DNA of 63,839 bases, the filler included, from Deltaproteobacteria bacterium (lineage in GTDB: Bacteria > JAUYMQ01), in NCBI GenBank assembly GCA_030698575.1. It is 11 parts of 11 records of this genome, joined end to end, with 100 filler letters (N's around TTAATTAATTAA, not from the genome) between each part and the next. Parts side by side here need not be neighbours in the genome. Positions count along the whole stretch, not along the records: positions 6,933 to 18,435 come from JAUYMQ010000334.1; positions 18,536 to 22,341 come from JAUYMQ010000349.1; 9 more parts are not named here. One strand, 5' to 3'. Positions 10,668 to 20,583 of this stretch are shown here, one piece after another. The notes under the pieces are model-generated. The model made no database searches and was not told the DNA's origin. It saw only the letters and a list, made by a program, of their open reading frames with translations. The number at the start of each line of letters is the position of its first letter. Positions within the stretch are counted from its first letter, which is position 1. The position numbers were made by a program, and so were the translations under genes.

Positions 10668-11099
10668 ATGGTTCTTCTCACCCATCGCTTCGATTTCTGC
10701 GCGTCGCACCGGCTGCACAATCCGGACCTCTCGGAGCGGGAGAACGATGCCCTGTATGGCAAGTGCAACAACCCCAACGGGCACGGGCACAACTATCAGC
10801 TCGAGGTGACGCTCGCGGGCGAGCCCGATCCCGGGACGGGCATGGTCCTCGAGCTGTCGATCCTGAAGCGGATCGTCGACGAGGAGATATGCGAGCGCTA
10901 CGATCACAAGAACCTCAACCTCGACGTCTCTGATTTCAAGGAGCGGATTCCCACGGCCGAGAACATGCTGCTGGTCATCTGGGAACGCCTGACGGGTCGC
11001 ATTCCCCGGGGCAAGCTGCACCGCCTCAGACTGATCGAAACCGCGAACAACAGCTTCGAGTACTTCGGGCCTCCGAAGAACCCGGGAAGCGGGCAATAA
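10668..11099 (+). CDS. 6-pyruvoyl-tetrahydropterin synthase family protein (CxxxxxHGH, PTPS-II-like)
   Basis: [40 protein letters not shown]. Confidence 0.88.
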   Translation: MVLLTHRFDFCASHRLHNPDLSERENDALYGKCNNPNGHGHNYQLEVTLAGEPDPGTGMVLELSILKRIVDEEICERYDHKNLNLDVSDFKERIPTAENMLLVIWERLTGRIPRGKLHRLRLIETANNSFEYFGPPKNPGSGQ

Positions 11100-11103
11100 C
11101 GCC

Positions 11104-12675
11104 ATGAAGATTCGTGATCATTACTATGAGATCCTGAAGGAACTGGGTGAGGACCCGGAACGGGAGGGGCTCCGCAAGTCGCCCGACCGCGTGGAGAAGG
11201 CCCTTCGCTTCCTGACGGGCGGCTACCAGAAGGATCCGAAACAGGTGCTCAACGGCGCGCTCTTCACCGAGGAGTACAACGAGATGGTCCTCGTGAAGGA
11301 CATCGATGTCTTCAGCCTCTGCGTGCCAAGTAAGCAGATCGTCAACGCCGTACGGGGCGCCAAACCCGCCCGAAACCTGCGTGTGGGTGATGAGCTCTGG
11401 ACGCTGCATGAAGGCAGGATCGCAAGAACGACCATCACGAAAATCTCGAGCAGGGCCAGCAGGGATGTGGTCGTTCTGAGGACGGATAGGGGAACCTTCA
11501 AAGTGACGTCGGACCACCCCGTCATGACGGATCAGGGATGGCAGGAGGCGGGCAAGGTGGATCCGGGAGTCAGAATCGAGTGGATCAATCCCAGGTCGCT
11601 TTGTCGGAGACGCGTAAGACCGCAAGAAGGCTACCCGCTCGGATACGTCCTGGGAGCCGTTGCATCCGATGGAAGTCTGCAGGATGGCCGTCGCATCTGC
11701 CTCACTGTCACGAACCACAAATTCGCCGGCAGGTTCGCTGAGATGTTCGGCGAGGCCTTCGCGGTATCCACACCTCGCATGGAAAGAGTGAAGGTTCCGT
11801 CAGGTTACCGTGGGGAGGAGATCCAGGCCTATCGAGTTCGAGTCGTATCCCGGGACGCGGGCGAGAAACTCTGCCGGTGGCTCGGGGTCCACGAGAAGGG
11901 GGCCCGCTCGAAGACGAAGACCTTTCGTTTCCCGGAAGTAACCCTTTCCTCAAGGGAGATGTTCGCCGGATTCCTTGACGGCTACTGCGACGGAGACGGT
12001 CATTCCCTGAAGAAGGGCGGCGGACGAATGATCGTCACGTCCAACCGCGGGTTCGCAGAGGAACTGGCGCGAGTGCTGCAAACGACAATTGGGAAGGGAC
12101 ATCCCGGCATTTTCCGGGTTTACATATCGCGTCGATGGGACCAGGAAGGATGGTATGGGCGACACGGATTCCGAAAGGAGCGGGAGTTCTACGTTCCCTT
12201 CGACAGCGCCTGGGCGACGGTACTGGGGGTCGATCGTGTTCCCCGGCCGAAGAAGCCCTATCGCGTCTACGCGATCAAGTGCGAACCGCATCCGACCTTC
12301 CTGGTTGCGGGACATCTAACCCACAACTGCGAGCACCACTTGCTCCCCTTCTTCGGCAAAGCCCACGTGGCCTACATCCCCGACAAGAAGATCGTCGGCC
12401 TCTCGAAAATCGTCCGCCTGATCGAGATCTACGCCCGCCGCCTGCAGGTCCAGGAGCGGCTGACCAACGAGGTCGCACAGACCATCGCGGAGCAGCTCGA
12501 GCCGCAGGGTGTGGCGGTCGTCATCGAAGCGCAGCATCTCTGCATGCAGATGCGCGGCGTCGAGAAGCAGAACTCCATCGCCATCACCTCGGCCATGCTC
12601 GGCCAGTTCCGCGAGAACGCCAAGACCCGCAGCGAGTTCCTGGGCCTCATCCACAGCGGCATCCGCCACGTCTAA
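11104..12675 (+). CDS. folE: GTP cyclohydrolase I with an intein (187-aa extein + 336-aa intein)
   Basis: [12 protein letters not shown]|..|[32 protein letters not shown]. Confidence 0.95.
   Translation: MKIRDHYYEILKELGEDPEREGLRKSPDRVEKALRFLTGGYQKDPKQVLNGALFTEEYNEMVLVKDIDVFSLCVPSKQIVNAVRGAKPARNLRVGDELWTLHEGRIARTTITKISSRASRDVVVLRTDRGTFKVTSDHPVMTDQGWQEAGKVDPGVRIEWINPRSLCRRRVRPQEGYPLGYVLGAVASDGSLQDGRRICLTVTNHKFAGRFAEMFGEAFAVSTPRMERVKVPSGYRGEEIQAYRVRVVSRDAGEKLCRWLGVHEKGARSKTKTFRFPEVTLSSREMFAGFLDGYCDGDGHSLKKGGGRMIVTSNRGFAEELARVLQTTIGKGHPGIFRVYISRRWDQEGWYGRHGFRKEREFYVPFDSAWATVLGVDRVPRPKKPYRVYAIKCEPHPTFLVAGHLTHNCEHHLLPFFGKAHVAYIPDKKIVGLSKIVRLIEIYARRLQVQERLTNEVAQTIAEQLEPQGVAVVIEAQHLCMQMRGVEKQNSIAITSAMLGQFRENAKTRSEFLGLIHSGIRHV
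11320..12327 (+). mobile_element. Intein with LAGLIDADG homing endonuclease
   Basis: Cys1 (CVPSKQ), block B TSDHPV, LAGLIDADG-like [11 protein letters not shown] and [12 protein letters not shown]-terminal LTHN followed by +1 Cys. Confidence 0.93.
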
Positions 12676-12813
12676 TCTCAGGGGGCCTGAGCGGCCCTTC
12701 CTTGCCGTCTGTACGTCAAAAATACGCCCCCGTTCACTTTTCTTGATCTAAGTAAATACGCTTAAATATCAGGCATTTGGACCTATGTCGCCGGCCTCTG
12801 TGCGCCTCTTTAC

Positions 12814-12868
12814 TGAACGAGCCCTCATTCAAGGATTCCTTGACACCCGCCGATTTGAAGGCTTAAAT
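12814..12868 (+). promoter_or_regulatory. Sigma70-like promoter (TTGACA-17-TTAAAT) with upstream imperfect palindrome TGAACGAGCCCTCATTCA
   Basis: -35 at 12840-12845, -10 at 12863-12868; palindrome at 12814-12831. Confidence 0.5.
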
Positions 12869-12916
12869 GGGCAGAGCCGTAAAGGCGGCCATCCACCACG
12901 CGGAGCCGACCTGATC

Positions 12917-13948
12917 ATGAAATCCCCCCATCTGCAGAGCCTCGAGCGCCTGGGCATCCGCCTCATCGAAACCCCCACGCCCTTTCCGCAGGTCCCGACC
13001 GCCAACGCCTGGCTCATCGAAGGGCCCGAGCTGACCATCATCGACACGGGCTCGGCCTTCCGCCCCGCCTGGGACGCCTTCAAGGAGCAGTTCGCCAGGA
13101 CGGGCCACGCGATCGGCGACATCCGCCGCGTCCTCATCACCCACGGCCACCCTGATCACGCCGGCCTCGCCATGGCCATCGTGAAGCGCTCCGATGCGCG
13201 CGTCTTCATCCACGAGGCTGACGCGCGCAAGGTCACTACGGTGTCCGAGGAGCGCTTCGGCTCGGTCTGGGGGCGCTACGAGACCTATTACCGGCTGCTC
13301 GGCATGCCGGCCGACTTCATCGAATACATGCACCAGGTGGCCTTCGCCGCGCTTCGGCCCGGAGAGCTGCTCGACACGGTCGAGATGCTCCACGACGGCG
13401 ACACCTTCGAGGTGGGCGCCGGGAAACTGGAGGTCCTGGCCTGTCCGGGCCATACGCCCGGCTGCGTCTGTTTCCATCTGCCTGATCACGGTGTTCTGTT
13501 TTCAGGCGATCACCTGCTCCCGAGCATTTCGCCGAACCCGGTGATGGAACTCGGCGCCGAGGCGAGCCTTGAGGAGCCCTGGGAAGGGAAGTTCAGGAGT
13601 CTCGTCACCTACATCGAGTCGCTCGAACGGAGCCGCGCCATGGATCTGGATCTCGTTTTGCCCGGTCACGGCGATACCTTCACCGATCACCGACGACTGA
13701 TAGACGAGCTGAACAGATTCCACCAAACGCGCCAGCATCACGTGCTGAAGGCGCTGCGCGCCAGCGAGGCCACCGTGTACGACCTGGCGCGGCAGCTTTT
13801 TCCGAACCGGGAGCACATCGAGCTCTTCCTGTCGATCTCCGAGATGGTCGGCCATCTGGAGGTGCTGGAGGCGGAAGAGAAGATCACGCGGACGCTTCAG
13901 GGCGGACGCTTTTACCACCGAATCAACCAGGAGGACGTGGGATCATGA
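12917..13948 (+). CDS. MBL-fold metallo-hydrolase with C-terminal winged helix
   Basis: THGHPDHAG, PGHTPG, FSGDH, LPGHG. Confidence 0.88.
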   Translation: MKSPHLQSLERLGIRLIETPTPFPQVPTANAWLIEGPELTIIDTGSAFRPAWDAFKEQFARTGHAIGDIRRVLITHGHPDHAGLAMAIVKRSDARVFIHEADARKVTTVSEERFGSVWGRYETYYRLLGMPADFIEYMHQVAFAALRPGELLDTVEMLHDGDTFEVGAGKLEVLACPGHTPGCVCFHLPDHGVLFSGDHLLPSISPNPVMELGAEASLEEPWEGKFRSLVTYIESLERSRAMDLDLVLPGHGDTFTDHRRLIDELNRFHQTRQHHVLKALRASEATVYDLARQLFPNREHIELFLSISEMVGHLEVLEAEEKITRTLQGGRFYHRINQEDVGS

Positions 13949-15075
13949 TTTCATTCGAGCTTGACGAGGATGTCCTCGCCGTCCAGGAGACGGTTCGCAA
14001 GTTCGCCGAGAGCGAGCTTCGCGAGGGGATGCGCGAGGCGGAGACGGCGGGAGGCGTCAGCGACGCGATTGTCACTCGTTACCGCGAGCTGGGGCTCAGC
14101 ACCCTCGAGCTGCCTGAGCAGCACGGGGGGCTCGACCTCGGAATGATCACGAAAGTCATCGTCGAGGAGGAGCTGGCTTTTGGCGACGCCGGCATGGCCG
14201 CCGCGATCGACCGGGGCGGTCTCGCAGCCTACGCGCTTCTCGAGCTGGGGACCGACGCGCAGAAGAAGCAGCACCTGACGGAGGGCCAGAACGGAACAGT
14301 CGCTTTCTGGGAGCCCGGCCAGCGGCAGAGCCTCGGGGATCCGGAAACGACCGTGACGGAGGACGGCGGCGGCTTCCGCATCAACGGAAAGAAGTGCCTC
14401 GTTTCCAACGCCGGCCTCGTCGACTGGTACGTGGTCTTCGGCACGGTCGACAGCTCGCGCGGCTGGGAGGGTGTGCGCGCTCTGCTCGTGCCGAAGGACG
14501 CGCCAGGCCTCACCATCGGCGAGCCGGACGAAAAGGTCGGCCTCTGGGCGCTCCGCACGGCCACGCTCACTCTCGAGGACGTGCACGTGCCGAAAGAGAA
14601 CCTTCTCTCCGGGTCGGCCTCTGTGCGGGAGGGGGCCGAGCGACTCATGAACCGCGTGGACCTCGTGAACGCCGCGCGATCCGTGGGGTTGGCGCGTGCC
14701 GCCTATGAGTATTCCGTCGGCTACGCCCAGGAGCGGCAGGCCTTCGGAAGCCCCATCGCCCATCACCAGGCCGTCGCCTTCATGCTGGCGGACATGTCGA
14801 TCCTGGTCGACAGCGCGCGCGTGATGCTGTGGCAGGCGGCCTTTCTGGTCGATAAGGGGGAGAATGCCCGGAAGGAGGTTGCGCAGGCGCTCGTCCAGGC
14901 CAATACGGTGACCTCCAAGATCACGATCGATGCGGTACAGGTCCTCGGCGGCGCGGGTTTCATCCGCGACTACCCGGTGGAGAAGTGGATGCGTGACGCG
15001 CGCGCCCTTTCACTCCTCTCCGGCACCGACGAAGCCCAGAACCTGCTCATCGCCGACGCCATCATGGCGGCCTGA
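13945..15075 (+). CDS. Acyl-CoA dehydrogenase family protein (degenerate, probably non-catalytic subunit)
   Basis: EELAFGDAG, R.AFG.PI, QVLGGAGFIRDYPVEKWMRD; lacks TEP.AGSD and the IxEGT Glu. Confidence 0.88.
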   Translation: MISFELDEDVLAVQETVRKFAESELREGMREAETAGGVSDAIVTRYRELGLSTLELPEQHGGLDLGMITKVIVEEELAFGDAGMAAAIDRGGLAAYALLELGTDAQKKQHLTEGQNGTVAFWEPGQRQSLGDPETTVTEDGGGFRINGKKCLVSNAGLVDWYVVFGTVDSSRGWEGVRALLVPKDAPGLTIGEPDEKVGLWALRTATLTLEDVHVPKENLLSGSASVREGAERLMNRVDLVNAARSVGLARAAYEYSVGYAQERQAFGSPIAHHQAVAFMLADMSILVDSARVMLWQAAFLVDKGENARKEVAQALVQANTVTSKITIDAVQVLGGAGFIRDYPVEKWMRDARALSLLSGTDEAQNLLIADAIMAA

Positions 15076-15105
15076 CCGCCTGACGTCACGCAAAGGGAGT
15101 AAGTC

Positions 15106-16314
15106 ATGATCGATCTGGAGCTGACAGACGCGCAGCAGAACGTGCGCAGCATGCTGAACTGGTTCGCCAAGACAGAGATGCGTCCGATCGCCCTCGAGGC
15201 CGATCGGACCGGCGTGGTGCCGCTTCCCTTCCTGAAGAAGACGATGGACCTGGGGCTTGCGGGCGGCGCCATGGGCGACATGCAGGCGCCGGAGGAGGGG
15301 AAGCCCGAGAAGAAGGGCCCGAAGGGGGCGAACCGCATCGCTGTAATCGGCTCCGAGGAACTGGCCTGGGGCGACGCGGCGCTCATCCTGACGTTCCCCG
15401 GGCCTGGGCTCGGCGGCCCGCCGGTCACCTACACCGGCACCCCCGAGCAGAAGGAGCGTGCCTTCAAGGTGTTCCGGGAAGATCGGGAGAACCCGCACTG
15501 GGGCGCCTACGCGCTCACCGAGCCCGGCGCCGGCAGCGACGTGGCGAACATTTCGACCACCTGCCGGAAGGACGGCGACCACTACATCCTGAACGGACGG
15601 AAGTGCTACATCACGAACGGCGCCCGCGCCGACTGGAATGTGGTCTTCGCCACGCTCGACAAGACCCAGGGGCGCGCGGCGCACCGCGCCTTCCTGGTTT
15701 TCAAGGACGCGCCCGGCTTCAGTGTCGGTAAGATCGAGGACAAGCTGGGCCTCCGCGCGAGCGAGACGGCGGAACTCGTTCTCGAGGATTGCCGGGTTCA
15801 CAAGAACGATCTCCTCGGCGGCGAAGAGCGCTACACCTCGGCGTCGAAGGAGGGTTTTCGCACGGCCATGAAGACCTTCGACAACACCCGTCCGCTCGTG
15901 GCCGCCATGGCTGTCGGCATCGCGCGCGCCGCCTATGAGATCTGCCGCGACTGGGTGAAGGAGAACTACGATCTCAAGCGCCCCATCCCTCGCTACCACC
16001 TCATCGCCGAGAAGCTGGCGAACATGGAGCGGGAGATCCACGCGGCGCGTCTGCTCTGCTGGAAGGCTGCCTGGATGGGCGACCTCGACATTCCCAACAG
16101 CCGCGAGGCGTCGGTGTCGAAGTCCTACAGCGCCGAGGTGGGCCAGCGCGTCACGACGCAGGCCATCGAGATCATGGGTTACGAGGGGACCTACCATCAC
16201 CGGATGGTGGAGAAGCTCTTCCGTGACGTGAAGGTTTTCGACATCTTCGAGGGGACGGGGCAGATCCAGCGCATCGTCATCTCGCGGCGCATCCTCCAGG
16301 GGCTGACCCGCTAG
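15106..16314 (+). CDS. Acyl-CoA dehydrogenase
   Basis: LTEPGAGSD, NGRKCYITNG, KLGLRASET, RDVKVFDIFEGTGQIQ. Confidence 0.93.
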   Translation: MIDLELTDAQQNVRSMLNWFAKTEMRPIALEADRTGVVPLPFLKKTMDLGLAGGAMGDMQAPEEGKPEKKGPKGANRIAVIGSEELAWGDAALILTFPGPGLGGPPVTYTGTPEQKERAFKVFREDRENPHWGAYALTEPGAGSDVANISTTCRKDGDHYILNGRKCYITNGARADWNVVFATLDKTQGRAAHRAFLVFKDAPGFSVGKIEDKLGLRASETAELVLEDCRVHKNDLLGGEERYTSASKEGFRTAMKTFDNTRPLVAAMAVGIARAAYEICRDWVKENYDLKRPIPRYHLIAEKLANMEREIHAARLLCWKAAWMGDLDIPNSREASVSKSYSAEVGQRVTTQAIEIMGYEGTYHHRMVEKLFRDVKVFDIFEGTGQIQRIVISRRILQGLTR

Positions 16315-16414
16315 CCTCCGGCGCGACGGCGTTAAGACGCGCGGGCGGGGGCTTGGCGGCCCTCGCCCGCGTGGCGCTTGAGGTGCCGGCCTGGCTGTCC
16401 TACATTCCTGCCCC

Positions 16415-17761
16415 GTGAAGACTCCAACCTGCATCGCCGCCGCTCTTGCCCTGGTGCTCCCCGTCACCGCTGCGGGCGCTTCGCCTACCGATGCGTCCAG
16501 GCGCACGCCCGTCGTGGCGGCGGTCGAGCGCGTGTCGCCTGCCGTGGTCAACATCAGCGCCGAGAGGGTTCAGGAGCAGCGCATGGCGCCCTTCGGCGGG
16601 CTCATGCGAGACCCGTTCTTCGAGCGCTTCTTCGAGGACTTCGGCCTGCCCGAGTACCGCCGTCAGGTGAAGAGCACCAGCCTCGGCTCAGGCTTCATTG
16701 TTGACGGCGAGGGGCGGGTGCTTACGAACGCCCACGTGGTTGCGCATGCCTCGGACATCCGCGTCACGCTCGTGGACGAGCGCTCTTTTCCGGCCGAGCT
16801 GGTGGCCTCCGATCCCAGCTCGGATCTGGCGGTGCTGAAGATCAAGGATGGGAAGGGACTGCCGCAGGTCAGCATGGGCGCCTCCGACGACCTCATGGTG
16901 GGCGAGACCGTCATCGCCATCGGGAATCCATTCGGGCTCTCGCACACCGTGACCTCGGGCGTGATCAGCGCCACCCGGCGTTCTTTCAAGGGAAACGGGC
17001 AGGAGTTCCGGGACTTCATCCAGACCGACGCATCGATCAACCCGGGAAATTCCGGTGGACCGCTGGTCAACATTCACGGCGAGGTGATCGGCGTGAACAC
17101 CGCCATCGTGCAGGCGGCGGAAGGGATCGGCTTCGCGATCCCCGTCGGCCGGGCGCGGCGCATACTCTCCGATCTCCTCACGTACGGCCAGGTGCAGCTT
17201 GTCTGGACCGGCGTCGACGTTCAGACCGTGACCCCCGATCTCGCCCCGGCGCTGGGCATGACAGGACGGCCTGGCGTCGTGGTGACCCGGATCGAGCCTG
17301 ACGGCCCGGGCGAGAAGGCGGGGCTCCGGAACGGGGACGTGATCACGCGCTTCGCTTCGCGGCCGGTAGTGGACGAGGAGAGTTTCTTCGCCGCGGTCGA
17401 CAGCGCGCCCCGGGGCGCCCCCCAGGCGCTCGAGGGGCTGCGCGACAAGCAGCCACTCGCTCTCATGGTCACCCCCGGGGCGCCCCCGCCGGACTACGCC
17501 GATCGGATCCTGGAACGGTCCGCGGGCCTCCGCGTGAAGACGGACGAGCGGGGCGTAGTCGTGAAAGGGGTGCGGGAGGGGAGCGCCGCGGCGCAATCCG
17601 GGATTCGCGCGGGTGATCGCCTGGTGGGCATCGGAGAGGTGATGGTTGAGTCGCTCGAGGCCTTTCGTCAGGCCCTGCTCGACGCGCGCGGGCAGGGACG
17701 GGTTCGTCTCACCCTGCGCCGCGGAAACGTCACCGCATCCTTCATCTTCCCGTTGAGTTGA
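16415..17761 (+). CDS. HtrA/DegP-family serine protease with two PDZ domains
   Basis: Signal peptide, GSGFI, TNAHVV, DLAVLK, QTDASINPGNSGGPL. Confidence 0.95.
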   Translation: MKTPTCIAAALALVLPVTAAGASPTDASRRTPVVAAVERVSPAVVNISAERVQEQRMAPFGGLMRDPFFERFFEDFGLPEYRRQVKSTSLGSGFIVDGEGRVLTNAHVVAHASDIRVTLVDERSFPAELVASDPSSDLAVLKIKDGKGLPQVSMGASDDLMVGETVIAIGNPFGLSHTVTSGVISATRRSFKGNGQEFRDFIQTDASINPGNSGGPLVNIHGEVIGVNTAIVQAAEGIGFAIPVGRARRILSDLLTYGQVQLVWTGVDVQTVTPDLAPALGMTGRPGVVVTRIEPDGPGEKAGLRNGDVITRFASRPVVDEESFFAAVDSAPRGAPQALEGLRDKQPLALMVTPGAPPPDYADRILERSAGLRVKTDERGVVVKGVREGSAAAQSGIRAGDRLVGIGEVMVESLEAFRQALLDARGQGRVRLTLRRGNVTASFIFPLS

Positions 17762-17882
17762 CGCCCTGGCGAATAGAACAGGGGCAGGGAGGATTGGCGG
17801 GGTCCGCGGGATGTGCTAGGATGGGCATCTTCCGATTCGAGCGGCCCCTTTTGGGACCCAAGCCCACTTCAGGAGGTTCTTC

Positions 17883-18140
17883 ATGGCGCGCGTGAGTGTT
17901 GAGGACTGCCTCGAAAGGATCGATAACCGCTTCGACCTCGTCCTGCTCGCCGCAGAACGAACCAAGCAGCTCTACCGCGGCTCCCATCCCCTCGTGGAGT
18001 GCAAGGAAAACAAAGAGGTCGTGACTGCGCTGCGCGAGATCGCCGCCGGCAAGGTCAGCATGGCCGAGCGCGTGCCCGAAATTGCCGAGGGCGACGAGGC
18101 CCCGGCCGCTATCGAGGCCGGTGCCGAACCGACCAAGTAA
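17883..18140 (+). CDS. rpoZ: RNA polymerase omega subunit
   Basis: [10 protein letters not shown]...[12 protein letters not shown]...[16 protein letters not shown]. Confidence 0.96.
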   Translation: MARVSVEDCLERIDNRFDLVLLAAERTKQLYRGSHPLVECKENKEVVTALREIAAGKVSMAERVPEIAEGDEAPAAIEAGAEPTK

Positions 18141-18188
18141 AGCTGAAGCCGTCCGCCGCGCCCTAGATATTGAGAACCGGTTTCAATC

Positions 18189-18223
18189 GAGAACCCCGCA
18201 ACCCGCGGGGTTTTCTGTTTTTT
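18189..18223 (+). terminator. Probable intrinsic terminator after rpoZ
   Basis: GAACCCCGC-loop-GCGGGGTTTTC followed by a T-tract. Confidence 0.7.
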
Positions 18224-18285
18224 CTCCCTCTTCAGTCCATCCAGGAGCGCCCCCGCCGCGCGAGCCGGGCGGTGGGAATTGGAAG

Positions 18286-18333
18286 TTGACAGCACGTGAA
18301 GTCCCTTGATAGATTACTGAATGACCATTCAGT
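18286..18333 (+). promoter_or_regulatory. Sigma70 promoter (TTGACA-18-TAGATT) followed by palindromic operator ACTGAATGACCATTCAGT
   Basis: -35 at 18286-18291, -10 at 18310-18315; 8-2-8 inverted repeat at 18316-18333 typical of TetR-family sites. Confidence 0.7.
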
Positions 18334-18535
18334 CGCATTCGGGCGGCTGGCGTGTATCTTCCAATAACGCCGACGCGTAGAGCGCCCAACCCCCAAGCCG
18401 GGGCCCCCGTGCACCCTCCATCGGGGGGGCGCGAGNNNNNNNNNNNNNNNNNNNNNNNNNNNNNNNNNNNNNNNNNNNNTTAATTAATTAANNNNNNNNN
18501 NNNNNNNNNNNNNNNNNNNNNNNNNNNNNNNNNNN

Positions 18536-18699
18536 TCGGCGTGGGGGAGTACCGGGTGCTCCGGATGGAGGGGACCTATCCGCGCGTCCAGGATCTGCTG
18601 CGCTTCTGGAACTATTTCTACTACGCGGTGGGAAGAATCGGCCTCGCGGTGCTTGTCTGGATGCCTATCGGCCTCCGGGCGCTGCGCCCGCGCGGGTAG
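18536..18699 (+). CDS. 3' end of a membrane protein (partial)
   Basis: Open frame ...LLRFWNYFYYAVGRIGLAVLVWMPIGLRALRPRG* with a hydrophobic helix. Confidence 0.5.
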
Positions 18700-18725
18700 C
18701 GGGCCACGTGGGAACGGGAGACAGG

Positions 18726-20561
18726 ATGCCGAGCCTTCGCGCCTTGAGCGGGTCTCTCCTGCTGGTTGTCGCCGTGTTGCTGGCCTATGGCGGCGTCTAC
18801 GACGCGCCCCTCGTCTTCGACGACGAGCACACGGTCACCGCCGCGGCCGGCGGCGATTTGCTCCGCGCGATGGGCGAGGGCCCCACGCGCGCGCTTCCGC
18901 AGTTGAGCTTTGCGCTGAACCGGGCGCTTGGAGGCAGCCTCGCCGGCTATCACGCCCTGAACGTGGGCGTGCACCTTCTCAACGCGCTGCTCGTGCTCGG
19001 ACTCCTCCGCGCCATGGTCCGCCTGCGGAACCCCGATCTTCCGCGCTGGGCGCCCCTCGCCGGCGCGCTGCTCTGGGCCCTTCACCCCCTTCACACCAGC
19101 GCGGTGACCTACCTCTCCCAGCGGGCCGCTTCGCTGGCCGCGCTCTGCTACCTGGCCGCCGCGTTCTGCTACCTGCGCGCGCGCGAGGACGCGATCGCGG
19201 CGAAAGGTTCCTCGCGCCCGCGCGCGGTTGTCTGGTACCTGGGCGCGCTCGCGGCGGCGGTTCTTGCGGCCGGCGCCAAGGAGAACACGGCCACGCTGCC
19301 TGGCGCGATCCTGCTTCTCGAGTGGCTCGTGGTCGGCCCGCGCGCCGGCGAAAGCGCCGCCCGGCGGCTCGGGCTGGCGCTTCCGTTCATCATCACGCCC
19401 GCCCTCCAGGGCGCCTTCGTCCTGGGCCTCATGTCGCGCGTCGGCCAGGCGATGGAGGCAGCGCCCGCCGGTTCGCTCGCGTCCCCCGGCGCTCTGCCGG
19501 CGGCGTCGTTCTACGGCTACCTCGGCGTCTATCAGGGGTGGGACTTTCCGACGGCCGGGGAGTACCTCCTGACGGAAGCCGGCGTTCTGTTGCGGTACCT
19601 GAAGCTCTGGCTGCTCCCGGTGAACCAGGTCCTCGATCCCTTCGTGCTTCCCGTCGAGCGCGCGTCGGACCCGCGCTTTCTGGCCCCCGCGGCAGCGCTC
19701 CTGATCTTTCTCGGCGCGGCGCTCACGCAGGCGCGGCGTCGGCCCTGGGTGACGCTTGGCGTCCTGTGGTTCTTCCTGACGATCGCCGTCGAGTCGTCGG
19801 TCATTCCGATCGCCGACTTCATGTTCGAGCACCGCATGCTGGTCCCCTCGCTGGGCCTCACCATCGCCGCGCTGGGTCTCGCCGGGCCCTGGCTCGGCCG
19901 CCGGCCATCGGCCGGCCTGGCGCTGCTCGCCGCGGCCGCCTTCGCCCTCGGCCTGGGCACCTTCGCGCGCAACCGGGTCTGGGAGAGCCCTGAGGCCCTC
20001 TGGTCCGACAACGTGTCGAAGGCGCCACGCAAGCTCCGCGGCTGGGTCAACCTGAGCCACGTCTACGAAATGAACGACCAGCTCGAACTCGCGGAGGAGG
20101 CGCTCCTGCGCGCCAACGCGGTTTTCGATCGATCCGCCGAGGTGCACTTCAACCTGGGTGTGGTCCGGATGCGAAAGGGCCAGATGGCAGCTGCCGAAGA
20201 GTCGCTCCGGAGGGCGCTTGCGCTCAACCCGCTTTACGCGGAGGCGCACTACAACCTGGGAACGCTGCTGGCCCAGACGGGGCGCGACGAAGAGTCCGAG
20301 GCGGCCTTCCGCTGGGTGCTGCAGATCAAGGAAACCTACGTGCCCGAGGCCCGGTACAACCTCGGCGTGCTCTTCCTGAAGCAGGGCCGCCCGGGGGAAG
20401 CCGCGGCGGAGCTGGAGGGAGCGCGAGCCGGACTCGATCGGCTGCCGCAGCTTCACCTGGCGCTCGCGCAGGCCTACCGGCAGCTCGGGCGCGACGAGGA
20501 GGCGCGCCGCGAGGCCGCCATCGCGGAGCGGCTTCGGAACGTCGCCAGGCGGGCGCGCTGA
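18726..20561 (+). CDS. TMTC-like GT-C membrane protein with C-terminal TPR repeats
   Basis: VFDD, YHALNVGVHLLN, HPLHTSAVTYLSQR, KEN, FEHR, RNRVW, TPR repeats (AHYNLG). Confidence 0.85.
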   Translation: MPSLRALSGSLLLVVAVLLAYGGVYDAPLVFDDEHTVTAAAGGDLLRAMGEGPTRALPQLSFALNRALGGSLAGYHALNVGVHLLNALLVLGLLRAMVRLRNPDLPRWAPLAGALLWALHPLHTSAVTYLSQRAASLAALCYLAAAFCYLRAREDAIAAKGSSRPRAVVWYLGALAAAVLAAGAKENTATLPGAILLLEWLVVGPRAGESAARRLGLALPFIITPALQGAFVLGLMSRVGQAMEAAPAGSLASPGALPAASFYGYLGVYQGWDFPTAGEYLLTEAGVLLRYLKLWLLPVNQVLDPFVLPVERASDPRFLAPAAALLIFLGAALTQARRRPWVTLGVLWFFLTIAVESSVIPIADFMFEHRMLVPSLGLTIAALGLAGPWLGRRPSAGLALLAAAAFALGLGTFARNRVWESPEALWSDNVSKAPRKLRGWVNLSHVYEMNDQLELAEEALLRANAVFDRSAEVHFNLGVVRMRKGQMAAAEESLRRALALNPLYAEAHYNLGTLLAQTGRDEESEAAFRWVLQIKETYVPEARYNLGVLFLKQGRPGEAAAELEGARAGLDRLPQLHLALAQAYRQLGRDEEARREAAIAERLRNVARRAR

Positions 20562-20583
20562 GAAAGGCGGGGCGGCTCCGCCG

